From Campylobacterota bacterium (GTDB taxonomy: Bacteria > Campylobacterota > Campylobacteria > Campylobacterales > Sulfurimonadaceae), in NCBI GenBank assembly GCA_034661055.1, contig JAYEKO010000028.1:1-19426 (forward strand): a stretch of 19,426 bases of DNA, in the 5' to 3' direction. This document shows, piece by piece, positions 1 through 8,295 of the stretch. Position 1 is the stretch's first letter. Every line of letters starts with the position of its first letter. A program made the position numbers and the translations under genes. Below the pieces are notes generated by a model. The model made no database searches, was not told where the DNA came from, and saw only the letters and a program-made list of their open reading frames with translations.

Positions 1-98
1 CATGTGGAGATGATAACTTTTATGATAAAATAGAATTGTTAACAGGGATAAATTATAAAAATAAAAAAGCAGGACGACCTAAAAAAGATGAAGAATGA
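1..98 (+). mobile_element. 3' end of probable Y1/HUH tyrosine transposase (RAYT/IS200-like); 5' part outside window
   Basis: Frame from nt 3 reads CGDDNFYDKIELLTGINYKNKKAGRPKKDEE* (TGA 96-98). This resembles the 'G..F...LE.LTG......GRP.K' tail of RAYT-like transposases and is followed directly by CTGTCCCC repeats. The catalytic HUH/Tyr region is not visible. Confidence 0.65.
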
Positions 99-112
99 AA
101 TTAATTGGTATA

Positions 113-253
113 CTGTCCCCGGAATTTGCTGTCCCCGGAATTTGCTGTCCCCGGAATTTGCTGTCCCCGGAATTTGCTGTCCCCGGAATTTGCTGTCCCC
201 GGAATTTGCTGTCCCCGGAATTTTCTCCCCGGAATTTTAGTCCCCGGAATTTT
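113..253. repeat. 16-bp tandem array (CTGTCCCCGGAATTTG)n
   Basis: Six perfect units (113-208), one with a single mismatch (209-224), then two shortened units (225-238, 239-253) that keep the TCCCCGGAATTT core. No spacers. Confidence 0.97.
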
Positions 254-275
254 AAATAAAATAACCACTTACTGT

Positions 276-653
276 TCATGTTGTATTAGCTAAAAGTGTA
301 GCAACATTAACTGGAACAGAAGTACTAGCTGAAGCATATCCACTCTCTACCGTGCTATAACCACTGCAAGAATTTGTAATACATGACTGAATGCGATAGT
401 AATAAATTGTATCTGGTGTTACTGCTGTATCAAAATAGCTCTGCTGAGCATTGCTTGTCGTCTGCAAAACTAAGTTACCTACACTACCTGCTGATACGGA
501 GCGATAAAGTTTATAGTAAAGTGCACTGCTTACCTTATCCCACTCTATACCAATCTTATTAATATGCCAACCTTGGCTCACTATTAGACCTGTTGGTGGT
601 GGTGCAGGTGTTGCAATAGGTGCAACATAACCCTCATCATAACCTTCCCCTTT
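276..653 (-). pseudogene. Truncated fibronectin type III (FN3) module of a surface/secreted protein
   Basis: Frame is open from 653 (in-frame TAA at 654-656) to TGA at 276-278: ...GYDEGYVAPIATPAPPPTGLIVSQG...IEWDKVSSALYYKLYRS...YFDTAVTPDTIYYYRIQSC...CSGYS..ESGY. This has the FN3 P.GL / W / Y..YR / Y.D / YYY pattern. No signal peptide, and the ORF-track GTG (581) falls inside the domain. Confidence 0.65.
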
Positions 654-700
654 TTAGATGAATTCCTTTATCTCCTATTGTAACCAATTTAACTAATATT

Positions 701-716
701 TATAATTAGCTATAAT
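701..716 (+). promoter_or_regulatory. Candidate sigma70 -10 boxes for the pentofuranose operon
   Basis: Two perfect TATAAT hexamers (701-706, 711-716) in AT-rich intergenic DNA, 30-45 nt upstream of ATG 747. Confidence 0.5.
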
Positions 717-746
717 TACATGTAAATACTATTATTAAAGAGAACA

Positions 747-1610
747 ATGAAAGAGATTATTAAACTACTACGGCCACATCAGTATGTCAAAAATATCTTT
801 ATTTTTGCACCGCTTCTGTTTGCATTTTCATTTGACAATATCGAACTTGTTATACTCTCTCTTATTACCTTTGCTCTTTTTTCACTGCTTGCAAGCAGTA
901 TCTACATTTTTAATGACCTGATGGATATTGAAGAGGACCGAGCCCATCCGACAAAAAAAGAGCGACCTTTAGCAAAGGGGACGATTTCTCCTACTAAAGC
1001 AAAACAGCTCATAGCACTTTTTGCATCTATTCCACTCCTATTGTCACTCTTAGTTAATACCTATCTGTTTGGTATTTTGCTACTATATTTTTTACTCAAT
1101 ATTCTCTACTCATTTAAACTCAAACACATCTCTATTATCGATATTTTCATCATCTCTACAGGATTTGTACTACGTCTATTTGCTGGATCAGTTGCAGTGG
1201 GCATTGGTCTCTCCATGTGGATCATTATTATGACCTTTCTCTTGGCTCTATTTTTAGCACTGGCTAAACGTCGCGATGATGTCTTGCTCTCTATTGAGGG
1301 TAAAGAGACCCGAAGAAATATTGATGGTTATAACTTAGAGTTTGTTAATGCAGGTATGGTGTTAATGTCGGGTGTTATTATTGTTAGCTACATCTTCTAC
1401 ACCGTTTCAGATGCTGTCATAGCACGTCTTCATACCGAGTATCTCTATCTGAGTGCCTTTTTTGTAATTCTTGGAATCATGCGCTATATGCAGATTACCT
1501 TTGTGGAAGAGAAGAGTGGAAGTCCTACTAAAATTGTCTTAAAAGACCGTTTTATGCAGCTTACAATTTTATTCTGGCTCATTAGTTTTTACCTGATTGT
1601 AACGCTCTAA
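747..1610 (+). CDS. UbiA-family polyprenyl-phosphate phosphoribosyltransferase (DPPR synthase, Rv3806c-like)
   Basis: LLRPHQYVKN, YIFNDLMDIEEDRAHPTKKERPLA, GFVLR and LAKRR motifs; multi-TM; lies upstream of dprE1/dprE2 homologues. Confidence 0.9.
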   Translation: MKEIIKLLRPHQYVKNIFIFAPLLFAFSFDNIELVILSLITFALFSLLASSIYIFNDLMDIEEDRAHPTKKERPLAKGTISPTKAKQLIALFASIPLLLSLLVNTYLFGILLLYFLLNILYSFKLKHISIIDIFIISTGFVLRLFAGSVAVGIGLSMWIIIMTFLLALFLALAKRRDDVLLSIEGKETRRNIDGYNLEFVNAGMVLMSGVIIVSYIFYTVSDAVIARLHTEYLYLSAFFVILGIMRYMQITFVEEKSGSPTKIVLKDRFMQLTILFWLISFYLIVTL

Positions 1611-2000
1611 ATGTTAGTCATCCGTTATATTATTTTTGCCCTGCTTTCTACTTTAGCAAACCTTCTGTTTCAGTACCTTAGCTTTAGTGTTTACAGTGGT
1701 TTTGCATCGCTCTATGTTGCAATGTTTATGGGAACACTTGCAGGATTAATACTAAAATATATACTCGATAAAAAATATATCTTTTTTCATACACCTAAAA
1801 GTAAAAAAGATGACGGCAAAAAATTTATGCTCTATTCACTTATGGGCGTTTTTACCACATTTATTTTCTGGGGCTTTGAAATTGGTTTTGATAGTGCTTT
1901 TGAAAATGAGAATGCTAAATACCTGGGTGCCGTGGTTGGTCTAAGTATTGGCTATATTGTAAAGTATTTTCTCGATAAAAAATTTGTTTTTAAGGATTAA
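1611..2000 (+). CDS. GtrA-family small membrane protein (lipid-linked sugar flippase)
   Basis: 129 aa with about 4 TM segments; repeated KYILDKKYIF / KYFLDKKFVF GtrA-type pattern; operon context. Confidence 0.88.
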   Translation: MLVIRYIIFALLSTLANLLFQYLSFSVYSGFASLYVAMFMGTLAGLILKYILDKKYIFFHTPKSKKDDGKKFMLYSLMGVFTTFIFWGFEIGFDSAFENENAKYLGAVVGLSIGYIVKYFLDKKFVFKD

Positions 2001-2002
2001 CA

Positions 2003-3301
2003 GTGAGTCTAAATAGCTGGGGAATGTACCCACAAATTGAAAATAGTAACTTTGATTTTAAAGATAAGAAAACGCTTCGTAACTATCTAAAAGAAGACGG
2101 TGAGTCTATCCCCTTTGGAAATGGTAGAAGCTACGGTGACAGCGCTTTAAATGAGCATATCATCACTACAAAGTCTCATAACTACTTTTTGGACTTTGAT
2201 GAGAATGAAGGTATTTTACATGTAGAATGTGGCGTACTACTGAGTGAAATTATTGCTACCTTTGTACCTCGTGGCTGGTTTTTAAAAGTGACCCCAGGGA
2301 CAAAACTCATTACTGTTGGTGGTGCTATTGCTAGTGATGTTCACGGTAAGAACCATCATATTGAGGGCTGTTTTAGCCAATGTGTTATTGAATTTAATCT
2401 TATGCTGCCTGATGGTAAAATCATTAACTGTTCTCATCGTAAAAACAAAAAATTCTTCTATGCAACTTGTGGAGGAATGGGGCTTACCGGTGTCATTTTA
2501 GATGCCAAGATTGCTCTCAAAAAAATAAACTCCCAGCACATCAATCAGACTACTATTAAAACTAAAAACCTCAAAGACACCTTTGATGCGTTTGAGCAGT
2601 TTAAAGAGAAACCTTACTCTGTTGCTTGGATTGACTGCCTGGCTACAAAAGAGAAGGTTGGAAAGTGTCTGTTGATGGTGGGAGATTTTACTGATGACGG
2701 TGATTTAAACTATGTTGAGAAAAAGAAGCTGACAATTCCCTTCAACTTTCCATCATTTGCACTCAATAAACTCAGTGTTAAGGCCTTTAACTGGCTCTAT
2801 TATGGAAAAGTTCGTGAACGAATCTCAAAGCAAAAAGTGGATATTGATACCTTTTTTTACCCACTCGATGCAATTAACAACTGGAACCGAATCTATGGAA
2901 AAAACGGCTTTACCCAATACCAGTTCATTTTTCCAAAAGAGACAAGCTATGATGGACTACATGAAGTATTGTCAACTATTTCAGATAGCGGTAAAGGCTC
3001 ATTTTTAGCCGTACTAAAACTCTATGGCGAAGCCAATAAGAACTATCTCTCTTTTCCTATTGAGGGCTACTCTTTAGCACTTGACTTTAAAATTGAATCG
3101 GGACTTTTTGAACTGCTTGATGAGCTAGATGCCATTGTATTAAAATATAAGGGTAGAATCTATCTGACTAAAGATGTTCGTGTCCCCAAAGAGACTTTTG
3201 AGCAGGGCTATGAGCATATTGAGACATTTAGAGCATTACGAAAAGAGTATAAAATGAGTGAAAAATTCAATTCCTTACAATCAAAACGAGTGGAGATATA
3301 A
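2003..3301 (+). CDS. dprE1: FAD-binding oxidoreductase, DprE1-like polyprenylphosphoryl-ribose oxidase
   Basis: GNGRSYGDSA, PGTKLITVGGAIASDVHGKNHH, GGMGLTG, YSVAWID, FFYPLD, QYQF, LKLYG and RIYLTKD match DprE1 motifs. Confidence 0.9.
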   Translation: MSLNSWGMYPQIENSNFDFKDKKTLRNYLKEDGESIPFGNGRSYGDSALNEHIITTKSHNYFLDFDENEGILHVECGVLLSEIIATFVPRGWFLKVTPGTKLITVGGAIASDVHGKNHHIEGCFSQCVIEFNLMLPDGKIINCSHRKNKKFFYATCGGMGLTGVILDAKIALKKINSQHINQTTIKTKNLKDTFDAFEQFKEKPYSVAWIDCLATKEKVGKCLLMVGDFTDDGDLNYVEKKKLTIPFNFPSFALNKLSVKAFNWLYYGKVRERISKQKVDIDTFFYPLDAINNWNRIYGKNGFTQYQFIFPKETSYDGLHEVLSTISDSGKGSFLAVLKLYGEANKNYLSFPIEGYSLALDFKIESGLFELLDELDAIVLKYKGRIYLTKDVRVPKETFEQGYEHIETFRALRKEYKMSEKFNSLQSKRVEI

Positions 3302-4032
3302 TGAGTCAACTATTAATTATTGGGGCCAAGAGCGATATTGCCAAAGCCGTAGCACATGAGTATGCTAAAAATGGATATAACCTAACGCTTGCAGGGCGTA
3401 AAATAGATGAACTTGAAGCATTTGCTAATGATATCCGTATTCGTTATGAAATACATGTAAATTTAGAAGAGCTTGACCTAAGTGAAACTGCTTCTCATAA
3501 TATGTTCTATGAAAAATTAGAGTCAAAACCTGACGGTGTTATTGTCGCAGCAGGTCACATGGTAGAGCAGAGTGTAGCTCAAAATAGTTTAGATGAAACA
3601 CTAAACACCATTAATGTTAACTTCACAGGTGCCGTATCACTGCTCAATATTATTGCTAATGACTTTGAGAGTAAAAAAGCTGGGTTTATTGTAGGAATTA
3701 GCTCCGTTGCCGGTGATCGTGGTCGAAAAACCAACTACATTTATGGTGCGGCAAAAGCAGGGTTCTCTGCATACTTAAGCGGTCTTCGTAATCGTCTTTT
3801 TGAAAGTGGCGTACATGTTCTGACTGTCAAACCCGGATTTGTAAACACAAAAATGACCGAGGGCTTGGATCTGCCCGAAAAACTTACTGCACAGCCCAAT
3901 GAGGTGGCAGAAGATATTTTTACTGCTCAGCAAAAAGCTAAAGATGTACTCTACACCAAATGGATTTGGCGTTACATTATGCTCATTATTAAACACATTC
4001 CAGAATTCATTTTCAAGAAACTTAGCATATGA
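3301..4032 (+). CDS. dprE2: SDR oxidoreductase, DprE2-like keto-pentose reductase
   Basis: IGAKSDIA, SSVAGDRGRKTNYIYGAAKAG (YxxxK) and VKPGFVNTKMT; TAATG overlap with dprE1. Confidence 0.88.
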   Translation: MSQLLIIGAKSDIAKAVAHEYAKNGYNLTLAGRKIDELEAFANDIRIRYEIHVNLEELDLSETASHNMFYEKLESKPDGVIVAAGHMVEQSVAQNSLDETLNTINVNFTGAVSLLNIIANDFESKKAGFIVGISSVAGDRGRKTNYIYGAAKAGFSAYLSGLRNRLFESGVHVLTVKPGFVNTKMTEGLDLPEKLTAQPNEVAEDIFTAQQKAKDVLYTKWIWRYIMLIIKHIPEFIFKKLSI

Positions 4033-5507
4033 TAACAAGCTATAAAAAAGAGATTAATGCTGTTTTAATTATTGGTTTTTTTAAACTTTTAATTCTCTTT
4101 TTATTGCCACTTACAGGAGATGAAGCATACTTTATTACTTGGGCTAAAGTTCCCTTAGCAGGCTATTATGACCATCCACCAATGGTGGGTTGGCTTATCT
4201 ACTTAATGAGTTTTATTAGTGAAAGTCATATTTTTTATCGCTTTTTCTCTTTTATAGCAACCTTAATCATCGCCTATGTCATCTACACATTAAGTAAATT
4301 ACATGTAAAAAAAGAGCTGGCATTTTTGGTTGCTCTTGCTTTTTTAGCCTCACCTATAGATGTTCTTTTAGTTCTCTTTACCAATGACATACCACTGGTG
4401 CTTTTTGGCTCATTAGGCACTCTCTTTCTTATCTTCTCGTTAGAAAAAAACAGATGGTTTATGTATGCTGTTTTAGCAGGTCTATTTTTAGGTTTAGCCT
4501 TTTTAAGTAAGTACTTTGCAGCATTTTTAATGATTGGCCTGCTTATTTTCTCACTCATTAGCTATAGGACAAGAGCACTTAAAACTATTGCTGTAGTTGT
4601 TCCTATTATATTAGCATTTGTAGCACAAAACCTCTACTTTAATTACAACAGCTGCTGGAATAATATTTTGTTTAACTTTTTTGCTCGAACTCAAGACAGT
4701 AGCTACAGCGTTAAAGGTATGATAGGTCTCACCGTTAGTCTCGTTTACATCTTAGCACCATGGGGAATTTACTATCTTTTTAAAGAGCGTAGCCATTTTA
4801 AGAATTCAATACTGCTAACACTGCTAGGTTCTATTTTAATTTTTACTTTGGCTATTTTTTCTCTTGTGGCACTTAAAAAAAGTGTTGGTCTGCATTGGCT
4901 ACTTCTGTTTGTTCCCTATCTTTTTTTACTTTTTAGCTTTTTAAATGAATCATATTTAAGAAAAATTATTCGTTTTAATGCCCGTTTCACTTACATACAT
5001 ATTGCTCTTGTCACACTTGTTTTGTTAACACCCATTTCACTTTTTAAAGAACACAAACGCTACAGTGATGCTGTCTTACTTAGTGAACCTCAAAAGATAT
5101 GTAAAGCACTTGATGAGCATAACTTAGAAAAACTGTATGGTTTTGGCTACAGCATGACATCACTGCTCTCCTATCACTGCAGTCGTGACATTAAAGTTCT
5201 TTACAATAGCAACAAGTATGGTCGTTTTGACGACAAGCTAATTAATGTAAGAACTCTAAATAATCAAGACCTTACTTTTATTGACAAGCGTAATATCTAT
5301 GCACCATATTTAGAATCTACATGTAAAAACAGCAGTGTTGAAAATATTAAAATTCATAACGCTAACTTCTATATTTTACGCTGTGAAAGCTTCGATTATG
5401 AGGCTTATAAAAATCAGATTCTCTCTGCTCAAAAAGAGCGTTTTTACACTATACCAGAGTGGCTTCCTGTAGGAGAATGTTACTTTTTAGATAGGTACTA
5501 CCCATGA
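4029..5507 (+). CDS. ArnT/PMT-like GT-C glycosyltransferase (GT83/GT39-type)
   Basis: DEAYF..W....AGYYDHPPMVGWL first-loop motif, LSKY motif, many TM segments and a soluble C-terminal domain; ATGA overlap with dprE2. Confidence 0.85.
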   Translation: MITSYKKEINAVLIIGFFKLLILFLLPLTGDEAYFITWAKVPLAGYYDHPPMVGWLIYLMSFISESHIFYRFFSFIATLIIAYVIYTLSKLHVKKELAFLVALAFLASPIDVLLVLFTNDIPLVLFGSLGTLFLIFSLEKNRWFMYAVLAGLFLGLAFLSKYFAAFLMIGLLIFSLISYRTRALKTIAVVVPIILAFVAQNLYFNYNSCWNNILFNFFARTQDSSYSVKGMIGLTVSLVYILAPWGIYYLFKERSHFKNSILLTLLGSILIFTLAIFSLVALKKSVGLHWLLLFVPYLFLLFSFLNESYLRKIIRFNARFTYIHIALVTLVLLTPISLFKEHKRYSDAVLLSEPQKICKALDEHNLEKLYGFGYSMTSLLSYHCSRDIKVLYNSNKYGRFDDKLINVRTLNNQDLTFIDKRNIYAPYLESTCKNSSVENIKIHNANFYILRCESFDYEAYKNQILSAQKERFYTIPEWLPVGECYFLDRYYP

Positions 5508-6091
5508 ATTTAGCTCTTTTTGATTTTGATGGAACCATCACAAACAAGGACTCTCTAGAAGAGTTCATTAAGTTTGCACGAGGCAGTTCACGCTACTACG
5601 CAGGGCTTCTCTACTTAGCTCCAATGCTTGTACTTTACAAATTACATGTAATTCCAAACCATAGAGCTAAAGAGATCTTTTTAAGCCACTATTTTAAAGA
5701 TGTAAGTGAAAGGGAATTTGAGAGATTAGGAGAGGAGTATGCCCTCACACAAATAAATAAAATTGTTCGTCCAAAAGCCATTAAAGCAATTAATGAGCAT
5801 CAAAAAAATGGAGATGCAGTTACCATAGTGTCTGCATCCATAAACTTATGGCTTAAGGCGTGGTGTCAAAAGAGAAATATTACCCTTATTGCCACCGAAC
5901 TTGAATTTGAAAATGGAGTATTTAATGGACGCTTTAAAGGTCACAACTGCTATGGTCCAGAAAAAGCCAAACGAGTCAAAGCTCTCTACAAGCTAGATGT
6001 TTTTAAAACAATTTATGCGTATGGTGACAGCAGTGGCGATAGAGAACTTTTAAAACTTGCTGACAGAAGTTTTTACAAACCTTTTCGTTAA
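5504..6091 (+). CDS. HAD-IB family phosphatase
   Basis: FDFDGT (motif I), IVSAS (II), GPEK (III), YGDSSGD (IV); ATGA overlap with the GT-C gene. Confidence 0.9.
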   Translation: MNLALFDFDGTITNKDSLEEFIKFARGSSRYYAGLLYLAPMLVLYKLHVIPNHRAKEIFLSHYFKDVSEREFERLGEEYALTQINKIVRPKAIKAINEHQKNGDAVTIVSASINLWLKAWCQKRNITLIATELEFENGVFNGRFKGHNCYGPEKAKRVKALYKLDVFKTIYAYGDSSGDRELLKLADRSFYKPFR

Positions 6092-6120
6092 TACACCATC
6101 TTTTTAGATATAGTGTTTAT

Positions 6121-8295
6121 ATGGTTATTTTACGCAATATACTCTTCACTCTTATAGCGGCTCTACTGTTCATTTCTATAGCTGTATCTATTCCTGTATC
6201 ACATGCCTATCTATTTACCAAAGTAGCCTCACACTATTTAAATATGAATGTAACCTTTACATCACCATCAATCACTTTTAATACCTACACAATTGACGCT
6301 ACTCTAGAAAAAAACAGTACGCTGCAACTTAGTGTACACTACGAAAAATTCACTGACCCAGAAGCCACGCTTGTATTTCAAGGCAATCTTAATATCTTCT
6401 CCAAAGTAGCCACTGTAACGTTGCCAAACTTACCCATAAAGATTAACGCACACTATAATAAGAGCAATATTGTACAGTCTGACGCTAACATCTTAGATGG
6501 TACTTTAGAGGCTTCGTTTAATCTTAATGACCTCAGTTACCACGCTGTTGCAACCAATATAAACATTAGCTCCTATCTTAATCTAGAAGGGCTAGAACCT
6601 TTTGCTAAAGGAAACCTCTCTTTAAAGTCTAAAGGTAATTTTAGAACTATTGCGGATCTTAATGCTACTCTTAGCAGCAAAGATCTCCTACTCTTAGAAC
6701 CTGTACTAAAATATATTCCCGATGTTAATGCATCAGAGGTAGCACTGTTTCCCCATATTAGACTAACATTAAAGCAAAACAGACTACACAGCAGTATGGA
6801 GCTAAACACATCGCTAGCAGAGATAAAAGTCAATCAACTCTACTATCATCTTAAGAGAGGTGATTTCTATTTAAAACTAGATGCAAAAAACCACATGAAA
6901 GCCTATGCTCCTGTAAAAAAACTGCACTCAAAAATTTCAGGCACTTATGCAAAAAAACATCTCCTTGCTGACATCGACCTTAATATTGATGGCTATCATA
7001 TCTCTTTAAATGACACTAATTATTCAAAAGAGCAGATACATGCTAACTACAGACTACGCTCACCAAAAAGTGAGCTACTTAATATTGACAGAGCAGGTGC
7101 GCTTTATGGAGAACTTACTTATGCAAATAAAGAGACTAATGCTACTGTTAGCTCCTCATATTTAAACGATATAATAAACGTAAATTTTAAAAATAACAAT
7201 TTACATGTAAATGCTGATACACTCTCACTAGATGGCATCTTAAAACATCTCAAACAAGAGGAGCTAAACACCACCTTACATAGCACTAAAGCTGTGGGCT
7301 TAAATTTACATGTAATTAATGAAAACAATTTAATTACCATCAAGCCAGAAATTATTAGTACCCTACTAACGCTTCATAAGAGCACCATCATCTACGACAC
7401 TAACCACTCTATGTTACATGTAGATGCACTATTACATGATGTGAATATTTCGAGTTTTTCAAATCCAAATATCACTCTAAAGTCTGATATTAATCTCTCT
7501 AAAAAAGCTACGACAACAGCAAATATTGACTTTAAATTACATAGTCTTGTTACAGGAACTCTTGAACTTCAAAACAGAGAAGATACACTTACTTTCTCCT
7601 CCTATTTAAACGATATTAACAGCAGTTATTACAGTACTCAGTCTGCAAATATCACAGGGACAGTTGAACATACCGTCCCACTCAAAAGTGATGTAAGCAT
7701 TAAGACACCTCATGAAAACCTGACACTAAAACTACGCCATGATAGCAATGAAAGTCATATAGATTTCATCTATGCCCTAAAAGAGCTCAACCGTTTTGCT
7801 CCACTAAACTCTAAATACAGACTTAATGGCTCTGGAGCGCTTAATTACGCTCAAAAACAGCTAAATATTACCCTCAATGATAGCGCATTTGGTACTATAT
7901 TTATAGATTATAACAATGCAAATCTAACGCTTAGAACAGGTACATTCCCTCTTAAAGAAATTTTCTTATTAACTAATCAAAAAGCAGTAGCCACAGGAGA
8001 TATCCATCTAAAAAGTACTATTACACCAACACATGTTTATGCAACTATTGATTCAAAACAGATTACTGCTGCTGATAAAAACCTATCGTTACGTCCAACA
8101 CCTCTGCACCTAGCACTAGAATTAGATACCGATAATGAGAACTATAATGGAGCACTTAAACTCACTACAAAACATGAACAGTTATCACTTAATCCGCTAG
8201 AATTTAGCATGGTACCGTTACGATTTAAAAGCAACTTTGAACTTCAGAGTGAAGAGTTAAGCAGAGGGAGCCTTATCTTACCAACCCACTATTGA
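6121..8295 (+). CDS. AsmA-like membrane-anchored beta-rich protein, N-terminal part (possibly frameshifted)
   Basis: N-terminal hydrophobic anchor followed by about 700 aa of alternating beta-strand pattern; the next ORF supplies an AsmA-like C-terminus. Confidence 0.6.
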   Translation: MVILRNILFTLIAALLFISIAVSIPVSHAYLFTKVASHYLNMNVTFTSPSITFNTYTIDATLEKNSTLQLSVHYEKFTDPEATLVFQGNLNIFSKVATVTLPNLPIKINAHYNKSNIVQSDANILDGTLEASFNLNDLSYHAVATNINISSYLNLEGLEPFAKGNLSLKSKGNFRTIADLNATLSSKDLLLLEPVLKYIPDVNASEVALFPHIRLTLKQNRLHSSMELNTSLAEIKVNQLYYHLKRGDFYLKLDAKNHMKAYAPVKKLHSKISGTYAKKHLLADIDLNIDGYHISLNDTNYSKEQIHANYRLRSPKSELLNIDRAGALYGELTYANKETNATVSSSYLNDIINVNFKNNNLHVNADTLSLDGILKHLKQEELNTTLHSTKAVGLNLHVINENNLITIKPEIISTLLTLHKSTIIYDTNHSMLHVDALLHDVNISSFSNPNITLKSDINLSKKATTTANIDFKLHSLVTGTLELQNREDTLTFSSYLNDINSSYYSTQSANITGTVEHTVPLKSDVSIKTPHENLTLKLRHDSNESHIDFIYALKELNRFAPLNSKYRLNGSGALNYAQKQLNITLNDSAFGTIFIDYNNANLTLRTGTFPLKEIFLLTNQKAVATGDIHLKSTITPTHVYATIDSKQITAADKNLSLRPTPLHLALELDTDNENYNGALKLTTKHEQLSLNPLEFSMVPLRFKSNFELQSEELSRGSLILPTHY

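Noticed and set aside
113..253. CRISPR array
   Set aside because: Units are 16 bp and directly adjacent with no spacers; no cas genes are in the window.
79..293. ORFs 79..279 (-) and 105..293 (+)
   Set aside because: Translations of the stop-free 16-bp array; the periodic peptides are artefacts.
584..640. ATG at 640 (-) with a purine-rich upstream stretch as start of the FN3 gene
   Set aside because: It is in a different frame and stops after 18 codons.
747..1610. Ubiquinone/menaquinone prenyltransferase
   Set aside because: The RPHQ.VKN and HP.K..RP motifs plus GtrA/DprE1/DprE2 context fit the phosphoribosyltransferase subfamily.
8253..8295. Programmed -1 frameshift or phase-variable tract
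   Set aside because: No X XXY YYZ heptamer, long homopolymer or obvious downstream hairpin in the shared open window.
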